DNA from: Candidatus Cloacimonadales bacterium
Lineage (GTDB): Bacteria; Cloacimonadota; Cloacimonadia; Cloacimonadales; JAIOQZ01
Direction: 5' to 3'
DNA length: 64,000 nucleotides
NCBI GenBank assembly: GCA_963674825.1
Contig: OY771587.1
Span: 1,856,001 to 1,920,000 of the forward strand
The first letter of the stretch is position 1, and every line of letters starts with the position of its first letter. Of this stretch, positions 1-10,554 are shown one piece after another. The notes beneath the pieces were generated by a model. The model saw nothing but the letters and a program-made list of their open reading frames with translations. It ran no database searches and was not told the origin of the DNA. The position numbers and the translations under genes are program-made.

Positions 1-717
1 TGCGGTGTTCAGGAGCGCTCCTGAAAGCAATGCAGACACAGGCGCTGGTGCTTCCGAATGTGCGTCGGGGAGCCAGGCGTGAACGGGAGCGAGCCCGAGC
101 TTGGTTCCGAAGCCGATAAGCAGGAACACGAAGGAAATCTTCAGCCAGAAGGGTGAAAGTTCACTTGCGTGAGTCGCCAGCCAGGAGAAGGTCAGAGACG
201 ATTCCGGAGGCATTGCGACAAACAGAAGTAGAATGCCCACGAACGCCAGCGCGATACCGATCGAGCATATGAAGATGTATTTCCACGATGCTTCCAGCGA
301 ATGGCGCGTCTGGTCGTAGTTGATCAGCAGCGCGGAAGCGAGGGTTGTTGTTTCGATGAAAACCCACAGCAGTCCGAGGTTATCGGCGAAGAATGCGCCA
401 TCCATGGAGAACACGAACATCATCAGCGCGGTAGCCGTAAGTGTATGGTGCTTTCTGCCAGGATGGGTCAGAAAACCAACTCCGTAGATAGCTGTCGCCA
501 AATAGAGCACGGAAAGGATTAAATAAAAGAAGAGACCAAGCGCATCGACGGTAAAGTAGCGGATTGCCCATGGAAAACCGGGCTGAAAGAAAAAGACCGG
601 GACCATCGCCAGATGCACAATCGCGTGCAGAATCATCAGGATGTTGTTCAACTTCGGATTGCGTATCCACCATGCGATGATGGTGAAAAGAACGGGTAAT
701 ATGAGGATGATAGGCAT
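1..717 (-). CDS. hyfF: Hydrogenase-4 component F-like / EhrD antiporter-like membrane subunit (3' end runs off the window)
   Basis: Not in the ORF track. Translated by hand from ATG at 717: MPIILILP...LGLLWVFIETTTLASALL...EASWKYIFICSIGIALA...GFGTKLGLAPVHAWLPDAHSEAPAPVSALLSG, the NuoL/M/N-type motifs. Confidence 0.9.
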   Translation of the reverse strand, partial: MPIILILPVLFTIIAWWIRNPKLNNILMILHAIVHLAMVPVFFFQPGFPWAIRYFTVDALGLFFYLILSVLYLATAIYGVGFLTHPGRKHHTLTATALMMFVFSMDGAFFADNLGLLWVFIETTTLASALLINYDQTRHSLEASWKYIFICSIGIALAFVGILLLFVAMPPESSLTFSWLATHASELSPFWLKISFVFLLIGFGTKLGLAPVHAWLPDAHSEAPAPVSALLSGALLNTA

Positions 718-719
718 AA

Positions 720-1358
720 TCAGTCCTTCAGATCCGACAGCGTGTCGATGTCTTCTTCGTCGAATGTTGATTTGATCTTATTGATGAAAAGCCCCGCTAC
801 CAGAATGGAAAGCAGGATATCCAGCGATACGCCCAGGCTGACGATATAGGGCATCTCGCGAGAGGCAGCCAGCGAGAGGAGGAATATTCCGTTCTCGAGG
901 ATCAGATAGCCCATCAGGTGGGTGATCAGTTTCTTGTTTGTGATAATGATGAAGAGCCCCTTGAGGATCGACGAAAAGGCGATACCGAAGAGCAGCGGCT
1001 CGACGTTGGGCGAGTTCTTGCCTGACCATAGCGCCATCAAAAAGCCAAAGGCGAAAATCAGCGTCATCGTGAAGAGTGAGAAGAAGTTGGAGACTTTAGG
1101 TTCCACTTCGCGTACGATATTGTTACGGCGAATCATATCCGAAAGCAGATAGGGGATCAGAATCGCTTTGAAAACCAGCGTTTCAAGCGCTACGAATGCG
1201 AGCTGAAGCCAGTTGAATTCCGTGATATTGGCCATAGTGAGCAGGAAGAGGATCACGCCCTGCACTGCCAGCACACGGATAAGCTTACCGAGCATGTTGG
1301 TCGTGGATGCGGCGAGGAGTGTCACGCCGAAGAGAATTACCAGAATATCCGACATCAT
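720..1358 (-). CDS. hyfE: Hydrogenase-4 component E-like membrane subunit (EhrC)
   Basis: 212-aa hydrophobic protein with GYLILENGIFL motif; lies between hyfC-like and hyfF-like genes. Confidence 0.85.
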   Translation of the reverse strand: MMSDILVILFGVTLLAASTTNMLGKLIRVLAVQGVILFLLTMANITEFNWLQLAFVALETLVFKAILIPYLLSDMIRRNNIVREVEPKVSNFFSLFTMTLIFAFGFLMALWSGKNSPNVEPLLFGIAFSSILKGLFIIITNKKLITHLMGYLILENGIFLLSLAASREMPYIVSLGVSLDILLSILVAGLFINKIKSTFDEEDIDTLSDLKD

Positions 1359-2272
1359 GCACCTCCGATGCCGAGAACGATCAGTGCGGTAAGCGCTAGA
1401 AGCGCTACCGAAAGCGGAACAAAAACCAACTCGGGATTACGTGTCATACGTACGCGGGGTAAGATGGATTCAACCAATCCCAAGAAGATCGCCTGTATGA
1501 TCATGATACCGACATAAAGCGCGGTTACTGCCGCGATTCCCAGTCCCCACGGAATCAGGAAATAAGCGATCAGCGATGCGAAAAGGGTCATCTTCAGCGC
1601 ATTGGCATAGAGTACGAAGCCGAAGTTCGGACCGGAGTGATCCAGCACCATCACCTCGTGTACCATGGTGAGTTCCAGATGGGTTGTTGGGTCGTCGAAT
1701 GGAACGCGCGATCCTTCCACAAGTAGCATGATGAACAGCGCGATCACGGTGAGAGCGGAGATCATCAGCGACCACTGGCTGGAAAGCTTGACCGTGTGCA
1801 TGGATATCAATTCGCTCAGGGTTCCAGCACCGGAGACGTAAATCAGGGACGCGACAATCAGGAAGAAGGCCGGCTCCAGAAACGTTGTGAACGACATCTC
1901 GCGGCTGGCGCCCATTCCTTCGAAAGCCGAGCCGGTATCCAGTGCTGCCAGTACCGCGACGAACTTGGCCAGTCCCATCAGATACAGGAAAAGGACGAAA
2001 TCGCCATGGAAGCTGATGAGCGCCCGGTATTGCCCGAATGGAATCAGGAGAGCGGCAGCGAGAATCGCAGCCAGCGACAGTGCGCCGGAGATGTCGAAGA
2101 TGAAGCTCGTCGTGCGGCTCGTCACTTCGTTCTTGCGCATCAGCCGGAAGAAATCGACATACGGCTGCCAAACTGGAGCACCACGGCGTCCAGCCCAAAT
2201 GGCTTTGGTTTTATTCACGATGCCAACGAAAAGGAGGGGCATCAGCAGGATGAATAGTATGTTTACGATCAT
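1355..2272 (-). CDS. hyfC: Hydrogenase-4 component C / NuoH-like subunit (EhrB)
   Basis: Motifs GRRGAPVWQPY, DTGSAFEGMGASRE and RVPFDDPTTHLELTMVHE. Confidence 0.9.
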   Translation of the reverse strand: MIVNILFILLMPLLFVGIVNKTKAIWAGRRGAPVWQPYVDFFRLMRKNEVTSRTTSFIFDISGALSLAAILAAALLIPFGQYRALISFHGDFVLFLYLMGLAKFVAVLAALDTGSAFEGMGASREMSFTTFLEPAFFLIVASLIYVSGAGTLSELISMHTVKLSSQWSLMISALTVIALFIMLLVEGSRVPFDDPTTHLELTMVHEVMVLDHSGPNFGFVLYANALKMTLFASLIAYFLIPWGLGIAAVTALYVGIMIIQAIFLGLVESILPRVRMTRNPELVFVPLSVALLALTALIVLGIGGA

Positions 2273-4203
2273 GATTCCCCCACGATCACCCAGATGAGAA
2301 CTGCCACCAGGAAGACAAGTCCGTAGGTGATGTAAACTTGTGTTCTACCGCTCTGGACACCCGCGAAGAGGTCGAGGAAGCGGTGAACGGAACGAACGAC
2401 TGGTGCAATCAAACTCTTTTGTACCCGGTCTCTGGCTTCGCGAACGAACGAAAGTCGGGTCGGGAAATAGCTGCTGTCAAAGTCGATCTCGCGTTGCTTA
2501 CCGGTGAACATATTCATGATGGGTTCAACCGGATGGACAAACGAGGTGCCTGTGTATTGCATCTTCGCAGATGGCTTTTCGTAGCCGCAGCCCCAGGTGG
2601 ATTCTCTCGGTGCGCGAACGCGACGGCGACGCCACAGGAACAACAACAGAAAGAACCCGATCGTGATCACCATTACCAACCGGAAAGGTTGAAAGCGTTG
2701 CAGCAGTGAAATGAAGTCAATGTCTGAGCCAGTCATCGAAGCAGGTAGAAATCCATGAAGCCAGGCGAGCATATAATCGCCTGCCATGCCACCGATAAGG
2801 CAGAGTCCGGCGAGAATGGAAGGCACGATCCACAAACCGCGTGTAGCTTCCTTCGCATGCGCAGCTTTTTCCGTGCGAGGTTCGCCCAGGAATGCCAGAC
2901 CGTACATCCTGGCGAAAGCGAAAAGGGCGATCGATGCTACGTAGGCGAGCCCGGAAAGGCCAATGATGGCAGCAATATTGAATCCGACATCATGCACCCG
3001 GAAGCCTTTGAGGATGGTCAGAAACACGAGAAATTCAGAGACAAAGCCGTTCATAATGGGCAGTCCCGCGATAGCCAACGAACCGGCGAAGAATAGCCCT
3101 CCCGTGACAGGCATGCGTTTCTGCAAACCTCCAAGGCGGTTGATATCGCGCTCATGTGCTTGATGCTGAACGTTGCCCGATAGGTAGAAGAGCATCGGCT
3201 TGAAAAGCGAATGGTTGATGCTGTGCAGGAGCGCGCCCAGGATACCGAACAGCGTGATGGCGGGAACATCGAGTTTTTGACCAAGCCAGGCAAAGGTGAT
3301 CCCCAGCCCGATAATGCCGATATTTTCGATGCTCGACCATGCCAGAATGCGCTTGATATCGGTTTCAGCCAGCGCATGAAACACGCCGGTGAGGGCGGTT
3401 ATCAGCGCGATGATGCCAAAGACGTAGAGGCTCTCGATGGAAGGCTGGAAGCAAAGCAAGATCATCAGGATGCCGTAGATACCGGTTTTAGTCAGCAGTC
3501 CCGACATCATCCCCGAAACGTGACTTGGGGCCATTGGATGCGCGACTGGCAACCACGAATGGAAGGGGAAGAATCCTGCTTTAAACGCGAACCCAACCAT
3601 GAGCATGAAAGCGGTGAATGCAGGGAGATTAGCCCAGTCGTCGAAACGAAGACTGGCGGTATTCGAGTAAGCAAGAGCAATGCCTGTCAACAGCACTGCC
3701 GCACCGGCTTGCATGAAAATCAAATAGTATTTGGCGGCCTTCCAGGTGGGTTCATCGCGCTCCACCAGAATAGCGAAGAAGGATGAGAATCCCATCAGTT
3801 CCCACGCGAAAAAGAGCATCAGCGCGTCGCGTGCAAGGACGGTAAGATGCAGGCTGATTACCAGCAGCGCCAGGAAGAAACCGTGAGAGCGAATGCCCTC
3901 TTTGTGATCCTTCAGATAAGCGTATCCGTGTGCCAGGCCGAAAATACAACCAGCGGATAGCAGGATCAGGAAGATGGAGGAGAGCCAGGTCAGGCCCAGT
4001 TCCACAACGAAACTTCCAAGCCGGAATGTGGATAGGGTAAGGACTCCATCGCCGGAAGGGTGCCACAAGATAGCTATGGATCCGAGAAATCCCGCTCCTA
4101 GCATGGCCAGAAGCGTGAATATTTTACGCCAGCCCAGCATGGATGCTGGAAGCGAGGCAATAAGAAGCAAAATACCGATAATGAAGGTGGTGTGCGGGGT
4201 CAT
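2269..4203 (-). CDS. hyfB: Hydrogenase-4 component B-like antiporter subunit (EhrA)
   Basis: Motifs AWELMG, KAGFFPFHSWLPVAHPMAPSHVSGMMSG, HSLFK and WGCGY. Start placed at ATG 4203 (GGAGG SD, ATGA overlap with the upstream gene). Confidence 0.9.
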   Translation of the reverse strand: MTPHTTFIIGILLLIASLPASMLGWRKIFTLLAMLGAGFLGSIAILWHPSGDGVLTLSTFRLGSFVVELGLTWLSSIFLILLSAGCIFGLAHGYAYLKDHKEGIRSHGFFLALLVISLHLTVLARDALMLFFAWELMGFSSFFAILVERDEPTWKAAKYYLIFMQAGAAVLLTGIALAYSNTASLRFDDWANLPAFTAFMLMVGFAFKAGFFPFHSWLPVAHPMAPSHVSGMMSGLLTKTGIYGILMILLCFQPSIESLYVFGIIALITALTGVFHALAETDIKRILAWSSIENIGIIGLGITFAWLGQKLDVPAITLFGILGALLHSINHSLFKPMLFYLSGNVQHQAHERDINRLGGLQKRMPVTGGLFFAGSLAIAGLPIMNGFVSEFLVFLTILKGFRVHDVGFNIAAIIGLSGLAYVASIALFAFARMYGLAFLGEPRTEKAAHAKEATRGLWIVPSILAGLCLIGGMAGDYMLAWLHGFLPASMTGSDIDFISLLQRFQPFRLVMVITIGFFLLLFLWRRRRVRAPRESTWGCGYEKPSAKMQYTGTSFVHPVEPIMNMFTGKQREIDFDSSYFPTRLSFVREARDRVQKSLIAPVVRSVHRFLDLFAGVQSGRTQVYITYGLVFLVAVLIWVIVGES

Positions 4204-4982
4204 TTTCTCCTCCCCATTAACGCCGTGATGCCGTGGACGATGGTCAGCGGATGGACCGGGCATCCCGGGAGATAGAGGATAGCATTGACTTTCTCCAGAA
4301 ATCTGCGTTGAAGAGCCGGTGCTTCGGTAAAGAGCCCACCGCTGATAGCGCATGCTCCTGCGAGGATAAGGATTCGCGGTGCGGGGACTGCTGCCCAAGT
4401 CTCTTCCAGGGCGTATGCCATATTCTGCGTGATCGGGCCGGTAATCACTACCGCGTCTGCGTGACGTGGCGATGCAACAATGTCTATCCCGTAGCGATTG
4501 ATGTCGAAGTTCACGTTAGTGGAGGCGTTCAGCTCGAGTTCGCATGCCGCGCAGCCACCCGCGGAAACTGAGCGGAGCTTGAAAGAGCGTCCGTACAGCC
4601 GCTTGATATCGGGTGTGGATGTGATGGATGATTCCGAATAAACTTCGGGCGTGAGCGTACCATCCAGAATCAATGTCTCGCGTCTGGAAGCTCCCATCTT
4701 GAACGAGTTGGAGAAGGTAAAAGTATCCGGGAAGTTACGCTGACAGACGCCGCAGAAAACGCAGCGTCCCAGGTCGAGCGTGCTCTCGTCGATCGCGCCG
4801 GTAGGGCAGCTTTTACGAGCTTCGTTCCAGCTTGCGTCGTCCTGCTTTTGGAATGTCGGGAATCCCGGGAAGGAGGGGTCCGTCTTCGCCTTGAGCGGAT
4901 CGGGAATAGCCTGATCTCCGTGGCGGATCCTTGCTTTTATCAGATCGATCATGGTCAATCCGGTCATTGGTTTGTGTTTCAT
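4200..4982 (-). CDS. NuoB/HycG-like small subunit (EhrS) with N-terminal 4Fe-4S ferredoxin-like segment
   Basis: Motifs GGCAACELE, SPRHAD, GACAISGG and LPGCPVHP, plus N-terminal CPTGAI...CVFCGVC. Start at 4982, 7 nt after GGGAGG. Confidence 0.85.
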   Translation of the reverse strand: MKHKPMTGLTMIDLIKARIRHGDQAIPDPLKAKTDPSFPGFPTFQKQDDASWNEARKSCPTGAIDESTLDLGRCVFCGVCQRNFPDTFTFSNSFKMGASRRETLILDGTLTPEVYSESSITSTPDIKRLYGRSFKLRSVSAGGCAACELELNASTNVNFDINRYGIDIVASPRHADAVVITGPITQNMAYALEETWAAVPAPRILILAGACAISGGLFTEAPALQRRFLEKVNAILYLPGCPVHPLTIVHGITALMGRRK

Positions 4983-4998
4983 TCGCATTCCTCCCACA

Positions 4999-6441
4999 TC
5001 ATAGGTCGTTTCCACAGTATGAGAGGTTAAAGCTTTTATTGCAGACTGGGAAATCGGAAATCCCGTTATTGCGTACAGCGAGCGCCAGCGCCATCCAGTT
5101 GTGGAATGATGGATCGTAAATCCGGTACGATACGGTTGCACCTTGCTTGTCAGTGCGGATCAGATGCACAATCTCACCTCGCCAGCCTTCGACGATCGAA
5201 GCCCCGATGACATCGTGTTTCGGTTCTGGAAGTTCAGGGGTGTGGGCTGGAGTATCGGGGAGGTCGGAAAGTAGCTGAGTGCAGAAATCGATGGATTGCA
5301 GGCACTCTTTATATCGCAGGAAAGCGCGTGCGTAGACGTCTCCCTGCGGCAATACGACTGAATCGGGGAAAGACTCGTACGGTGCGAACGGATACGCCTT
5401 GCGTGCATCGCGAAGAACTCCGCCGCTTCGTGCTGCCATGCCCACGAAATGGAGATCGCGGATCGAATCGGACGAGACATGCCCGGTTCCATCGAAACGA
5501 GAGAGTACGCCGGAATCATTGAACAGCGCTGTTCCCATGACGCGGATATCTTCGCGTATGGTGGCGAGCAGCTTGATCATGTATTTGTTCTTCTCGTTGC
5601 TGATGCCGTAATTAATGCCACCCGGACAGAGCCAGCGCTTCCCGAAACGACTTCCGCAGACATGCAGCGACAGGTTGATCACCTTGGTTCGAACGGCGGC
5701 GAAGTAATTCAATCCTGTAAGATGAGCGATGTCGCCAGCCAGGGCCGAGAGATCGGCCAGATGCATGGCTGTGCGCTCCATCTCCAGCGCGGTAGCCCGA
5801 ACACGCTGAACTTCATCCGGAACCTCCACGCCGCAGAGCGCTTCAACCGCACGGCAATAGGCCAGCCCGTGCCCGATAGCTGTATCTCCGGCGATGGCTT
5901 CGGCTAAATGTATCTTGCCGCGAATGTCTCCGGCTTCGAGCAGCTTGCGGATTCCGCGATGCTGATATCCAAGCTGGATCTCCAGATGATGGACATCTTC
6001 ACCTTCACACAGGAAGCGGAATTGCCCCGGCTCGATAACACCGGCGTGCACAGGCCCTACGGCCACTTCATGCATCGATTCGGATTGCGCTGTAAGGAAC
6101 GGATGATCCTTGAGGATCAATTCGGGATGGTCGTGTGGATATCGAACCGGCTTCAACCATGGATGCGATTCCGGGATCAGCCCGGTCTCTTCCCAAAGCT
6201 CGCGTTCGTACATATGAAACTCGCTCGATAGCGCTATCAGGCTGGGATACGATTTCCCCTCCGGAAAAGTAAAACGCATCAGATCGAGCTTGTGCGTGTT
6301 ATCGTTGCCCATCAGGCAAACAAGGCTCCTATCGGCGTCAGCATAGAATGCGAGTGGCCGGTAGCCATTTTCGAGGGCGCGTCGGATACTGCCATGCAGA
6401 TCGGTCTTCGCCTCTGGTGTAGCAAACAGGAATGGATTCAT
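4999..6441 (-). CDS. NuoC/D-like large subunit of an energy-converting hydrogenase-related (Ehr) complex
   Basis: Motifs YERELWE, GPVHAGVIEPGQFRF, GYQHRG, EGWRGE and DPSFHNW. The Ni-binding CxxC motifs are absent. Confidence 0.88.
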   Translation of the reverse strand: MNPFLFATPEAKTDLHGSIRRALENGYRPLAFYADADRSLVCLMGNDNTHKLDLMRFTFPEGKSYPSLIALSSEFHMYERELWEETGLIPESHPWLKPVRYPHDHPELILKDHPFLTAQSESMHEVAVGPVHAGVIEPGQFRFLCEGEDVHHLEIQLGYQHRGIRKLLEAGDIRGKIHLAEAIAGDTAIGHGLAYCRAVEALCGVEVPDEVQRVRATALEMERTAMHLADLSALAGDIAHLTGLNYFAAVRTKVINLSLHVCGSRFGKRWLCPGGINYGISNEKNKYMIKLLATIREDIRVMGTALFNDSGVLSRFDGTGHVSSDSIRDLHFVGMAARSGGVLRDARKAYPFAPYESFPDSVVLPQGDVYARAFLRYKECLQSIDFCTQLLSDLPDTPAHTPELPEPKHDVIGASIVEGWRGEIVHLIRTDKQGATVSYRIYDPSFHNWMALALAVRNNGISDFPVCNKSFNLSYCGNDL

Positions 6442-6594
6442 TTTACTCCCGTTACGTCAAATATTCCGCGAAAATGAAATGCTCCATTTTCGTCTCCCCG
6501 GCGCCCATCTTCTGCGCGCGTTTTCAATGTCAAGAAGTTTACATGTCAGAAATAGATGATAATTGTATGAAATTTATTCATGTATTGGTCAAGC

Positions 6595-6633
6595 AAAAAG
6601 AAAAGCCTGCTCCAGCGAACCGGAACAGGCTTT
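6595..6633 (-). terminator. Probable intrinsic terminator after the C25 protease gene
   Basis: Stem AAAGCCTG/CAGGCTTT with a U-rich tail on the minus strand. Confidence 0.65.
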
Positions 6634-6650
6634 ATGATCGTATAGTTAGC

Positions 6651-9600
6651 TTATTTCATCATCAGCATTTTACGGATGGAATCCGTATCGCCGATGCGGG
6701 TTTTATAGAAATAAACACCGCTGGAAACGTTGCGACCGTAGTTGTCGTCACCGTTCCATACGACATTGTGCATACCGGAATCGAGCCGGTCATTGAGGAG
6801 CGTCTTAACCTTTTGTCCCTTGATATTATAGATATCGATGGTGACAGGTGTATTAGGGCTCTTCACTGAGAAGTTGATCGTGGTGGTCGGGTTGAACGGG
6901 TTCGGGCTGTTGCCGAAAACCTTATCCGTGAACACCGGTGGTTCTTCTTCCGCTTCCATTCCACTGGTGATCGCCGCCATAGGCAGAAGTGCCAGCGTAT
7001 TGAACGGGTCGTTGCTGGTGAGTTCCGCGTATGCGGAGAAGTCGCCTTCCTCGGATGGAGCGAAGGTGATCTGGAAAGTCGCCATACCCATCGGGACGAC
7101 GCTGAAGCTGACCAGATTGCGTTCTGCGCGCATAGCCGAACCATTGCGTGAAGTCTGGGTGATGCTGAACGCTTCAGGCACTTCGATCGTACCGATCAGA
7201 TCGACTTCACCGACGTTGAAGAGGCTAAGTGAGCGAGAACTGGATTCGCCAACTTCAACCACACCGAAATCGAGCTGTGAGCTACCCAGCATGAGTCCGG
7301 GAACTTCTTCCGCTGCGAAAGCAGGGAAGGATATATTGTCGATCCAGGCGCAGTCGGAGCCGTCATCCATATAGACGTCTTTGCTGTAGGTCCAGGTGAA
7401 GGTGTGGATACCGGCATCGACAGCGTACGCTGACAGAGACCACGCGACTTCGCCATCCCAGCGTCCCATTTCTTCGCCGTCGATAGCAAAGAACATGAAG
7501 TCATAGTTATTGGCGGAGTCATCTTCGCAGGAGACCTTCTTGTAGAAGCTGACAGTACCGTCCATGAGGACGTTGAGCGTAACTTCGAGGGTGGTTTCCT
7601 GGTTGCCGTTGATATTGCCCGAACGAGCGCTGTACTGGCCTTCATAAGATTCGCTGGCAGTAATGAACCAATCGGCATTACCGGATGAATCCCATTCGTA
7701 TCCGCTGAAATCGCCATTCTCGAATCCTTCCAGAATCTCGCCGATCATGACGATGAACGAATCGTTGAACTCGATTCCGTTATCGCCGTCGATTTCGACG
7801 GTGAAGAGTCCGAGATAACCTTCGGTCGCATTTTCGCTTACTGTAACCGGAAGCGTGATATAATCCTGCGCTCCGGGCGTGAGTTGCGTGATTGTTCCGC
7901 TGTTGTTGTCGAATGAAATGATAGGATTGACGGTGACTATCTCGAGGTTGAGGTTGTTGGCTGTTGCACCGCCGTCGTTGGTGACATAGAGTCTAAGTTC
8001 GGCAGTTTCACCCGGTTCGAGAACCCCGTCGTTATCGTCATCGACTTCAACGCCTGTGAACATGAGTTCCGGTGCGTAGGCAATGCCGTTCATCTGTACA
8101 GTCCAGTTATTATCACCAGCTGAGATAAGTCCGCTGAGATTGAACTCGAATCCATTTGGGACGTTCTGCGACACGGTGAAGCTGAAGGCGTCCTCGAGGG
8201 TGACGCTTTCGCCGGCAGCCATATTCCCGATGGTCTCGGTGTTGTCGGTCAGCTCGATGTGCTGGCCCATGTAGGAGAGGCTCATCGAAGCATCGGACGC
8301 AGCCTGCTGCCCCATGTTCAGTAGGGTGACGGAGACAGAGACTTCTTCGCCAAATTCGATCACGTTATCGTCGCCTGCATCGAACGTAAAACCATCGATA
8401 ATGATGAACGGTTCGTCGGAGGCAACGATTGGGATCTGACCCTGGTGGATCAGGTAGTTATGAGCAGAGATGGTAATGTCGATCATGCCTGTGTTTTCAA
8501 GCGGTGAGCTGAAGTTGATGGTAGCGTTACCGTTTGCATCGGCGATCTGTGTGTCGATCGGTTCTCCATCCAGCGAAACACCGATCATTGCGCCAGCGAT
8601 ACCGGTCTGAACTTCAAATTGCATTGCACTGATGGGAATTCCGCTAGGATAGACAGGGTTCATGGTTTCGGCTTCGGCAGTCCAAAGCTCCAGTGTGGGA
8701 TCGCCAAAAACATTCAGTTCGTACACCGTCCAGCGGAACCAGGCATCGTTAACGCTCTGGTTAGCGCCGTCGATCTTGGAATCGTTGTTGGCGTCGGAAA
8801 CACGGTAGATCTCTTCAGCGAAAAGCGCGTCGTAGAACTGACGATCGAGGTACTGCGAGCTGGCGTTGGTTCCACCCGGCATGTACCAGCCATAGCGGGA
8901 ATTGCCCACATACACGGCGCATCCGTTGGCAATGGTGGTGAATTTTTCAGCGATACTATCGTTATAATCGAACGATGCCGAGTAACAACCCTGGGAATAG
9001 ATCTGGAAGTAGTTGTGGGTGATACCGTTAGCGGTAAGGTTGTTGTTGGTGACATCGCTGAGATAGAATTTCATGTTGTAGTCGGTGTTGGAGTGACCGA
9101 GGTGGTTGATCAGGTTAAGGCCGCCGTTCATCGCGTTCTGCAGATCGCTGCGTGACCAGTAACCATCGCGTTCGTAGAGTGTGTCAATGTTGAAGTTATC
9201 GGAGATGCCGGTAGTCGAGTATCCGTCATAAGTACCGCCATTGACTATTTGATCCTTGTAGTTGCCACCATAGGTGTATGGGTTGTCGTTGAGCTCTTCG
9301 CCGACCATCAGTGCGTTATCAAGCTCGTCCACAACCGGGTTGAGCTGATACATCACCTGTTTGTGCACGGCAGCGTCAAATTCGCTGTCGTTCTGCGCAG
9401 AGATACGGGCAACTGCCACTTCTGGTAAAAAGTCGGCTTCGTCTACTTCGCCCCAGTAGTTATCGTTATCGGTATTCCAGTCCGGACCAGTACCTACGCC
9501 ATTACGATCGAGCGCAGAGTAATAGAGATCGGACGGGATGGCTGTATCGGTTGTGCTTCCTGCCTGGACATAGAATCCACGATAGGGGACGATATTGACA

Positions 9601-10460
9601 TCGCCACCAAGCAGGAAGTAGCTTGAGCTGTATTCTTCGTAGCAGTACTCGATAAAGTTACGGATTTTGTCACCATTATCGACGCCATCGTAGGTACTGT
9701 AAATTTCGTCAACAGTCATTACGATAGGATTGAACCCCTGCTCACTCTTTAGTTCGATGAGCGGTTCAAAATTATCGACATAGTCTTCATCGGTGATGAT
9801 AACCAGAAGGTGCACTTCGGTGCGGTCGCGGGTCTGCATCGGGTATTGCATCAGCATGTGCTGATTCTGAACCATGCTGGATACGAACTTCTGAGTCTGC
9901 TCGTCCGCGCGGAAGAAATGATCGAAGGCATCTTGTGCCTGTTGATCATGGCTGGTCTCGATACGAACAGTCATGTCGGGATAATAGACAATCCGTTGTT
10001 CCGATGCGATATACTGAACCGGATAGACATTCACCAGCGCGATGGAGTGACCACGATAGTATTGCGTGGAGAGTCCTTCATAGAGGCTGGATGGGTAGGC
10101 CTCAGCGGAAGCGTATTGTGCGGCGTTTGGTTGAGTGAACGTCGCGGTATCACTTTGGCTGATCGGAACGGGGGTCTGGCAGGGATAGAGCATGAATTGG
10201 CCATCTATCTCCACGGGTTCGCCTGTTTCGATCACAACCGAGATCGCTTTCTCTCCTGGAGGAATAAGCAAGGATACCGGCAGCGATGGAAGCTGAGGCA
10301 TGCCCGGTTTGGTTAGATAAATTCCACCGTCGATCTGTACTCGCTGGTACGAATCGATACGGAGAATGTCGGGTCGTTGATTTTGGATTGGCTGCTCGAC
10401 TACCGTCGCGAAAAGCGGCAGCGTGGCTATGAGCAGGATCAATATGATGCTTTTTCTCAT
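6651..10460 (-). CDS. Secreted peptidase C25 (gingipain-like) with Ig-like domains and FlgD-Ig/Por-type C-terminal sorting domain
   Basis: Signal peptide; propeptide (PGMPQLP); LLGGD; SDLYY; NHLGH and QGCY catalytic His/Cys; FGDP; C-terminal NSPNPFNPTT...YNIKGQKV...WNG...SSGVYFY...RKMLMMK. Confidence 0.88.
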   Translation of the reverse strand: MRKSIILILLIATLPLFATVVEQPIQNQRPDILRIDSYQRVQIDGGIYLTKPGMPQLPSLPVSLLIPPGEKAISVVIETGEPVEIDGQFMLYPCQTPVPISQSDTATFTQPNAAQYASAEAYPSSLYEGLSTQYYRGHSIALVNVYPVQYIASEQRIVYYPDMTVRIETSHDQQAQDAFDHFFRADEQTQKFVSSMVQNQHMLMQYPMQTRDRTEVHLLVIITDEDYVDNFEPLIELKSEQGFNPIVMTVDEIYSTYDGVDNGDKIRNFIEYCYEEYSSSYFLLGGDVNIVPYRGFYVQAGSTTDTAIPSDLYYSALDRNGVGTGPDWNTDNDNYWGEVDEADFLPEVAVARISAQNDSEFDAAVHKQVMYQLNPVVDELDNALMVGEELNDNPYTYGGNYKDQIVNGGTYDGYSTTGISDNFNIDTLYERDGYWSRSDLQNAMNGGLNLINHLGHSNTDYNMKFYLSDVTNNNLTANGITHNYFQIYSQGCYSASFDYNDSIAEKFTTIANGCAVYVGNSRYGWYMPGGTNASSQYLDRQFYDALFAEEIYRVSDANNDSKIDGANQSVNDAWFRWTVYELNVFGDPTLELWTAEAETMNPVYPSGIPISAMQFEVQTGIAGAMIGVSLDGEPIDTQIADANGNATINFSSPLENTGMIDITISAHNYLIHQGQIPIVASDEPFIIIDGFTFDAGDDNVIEFGEEVSVSVTLLNMGQQAASDASMSLSYMGQHIELTDNTETIGNMAAGESVTLEDAFSFTVSQNVPNGFEFNLSGLISAGDNNWTVQMNGIAYAPELMFTGVEVDDDNDGVLEPGETAELRLYVTNDGGATANNLNLEIVTVNPIISFDNNSGTITQLTPGAQDYITLPVTVSENATEGYLGLFTVEIDGDNGIEFNDSFIVMIGEILEGFENGDFSGYEWDSSGNADWFITASESYEGQYSARSGNINGNQETTLEVTLNVLMDGTVSFYKKVSCEDDSANNYDFMFFAIDGEEMGRWDGEVAWSLSAYAVDAGIHTFTWTYSKDVYMDDGSDCAWIDNISFPAFAAEEVPGLMLGSSQLDFGVVEVGESSSRSLSLFNVGEVDLIGTIEVPEAFSITQTSRNGSAMRAERNLVSFSVVPMGMATFQITFAPSEEGDFSAYAELTSNDPFNTLALLPMAAITSGMEAEEEPPVFTDKVFGNSPNPFNPTTTINFSVKSPNTPVTIDIYNIKGQKVKTLLNDRLDSGMHNVVWNGDDNYGRNVSSGVYFYKTRIGDTDSIRKMLMMK

Positions 10461-10554
10461 GGGACCTTCCTTTGTGTATTCTTCTTCTATACTTCTTCTT
10501 CTACGTAATTAATATAGATCATGCAAGATTCGTTCCTCTGAAGGCAGTTTCAGT

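Noticed and set aside
4999..6441. Functional [NiFe]-hydrogenase large subunit
   Set aside because: Both CxxC Ni-binding motifs are missing.
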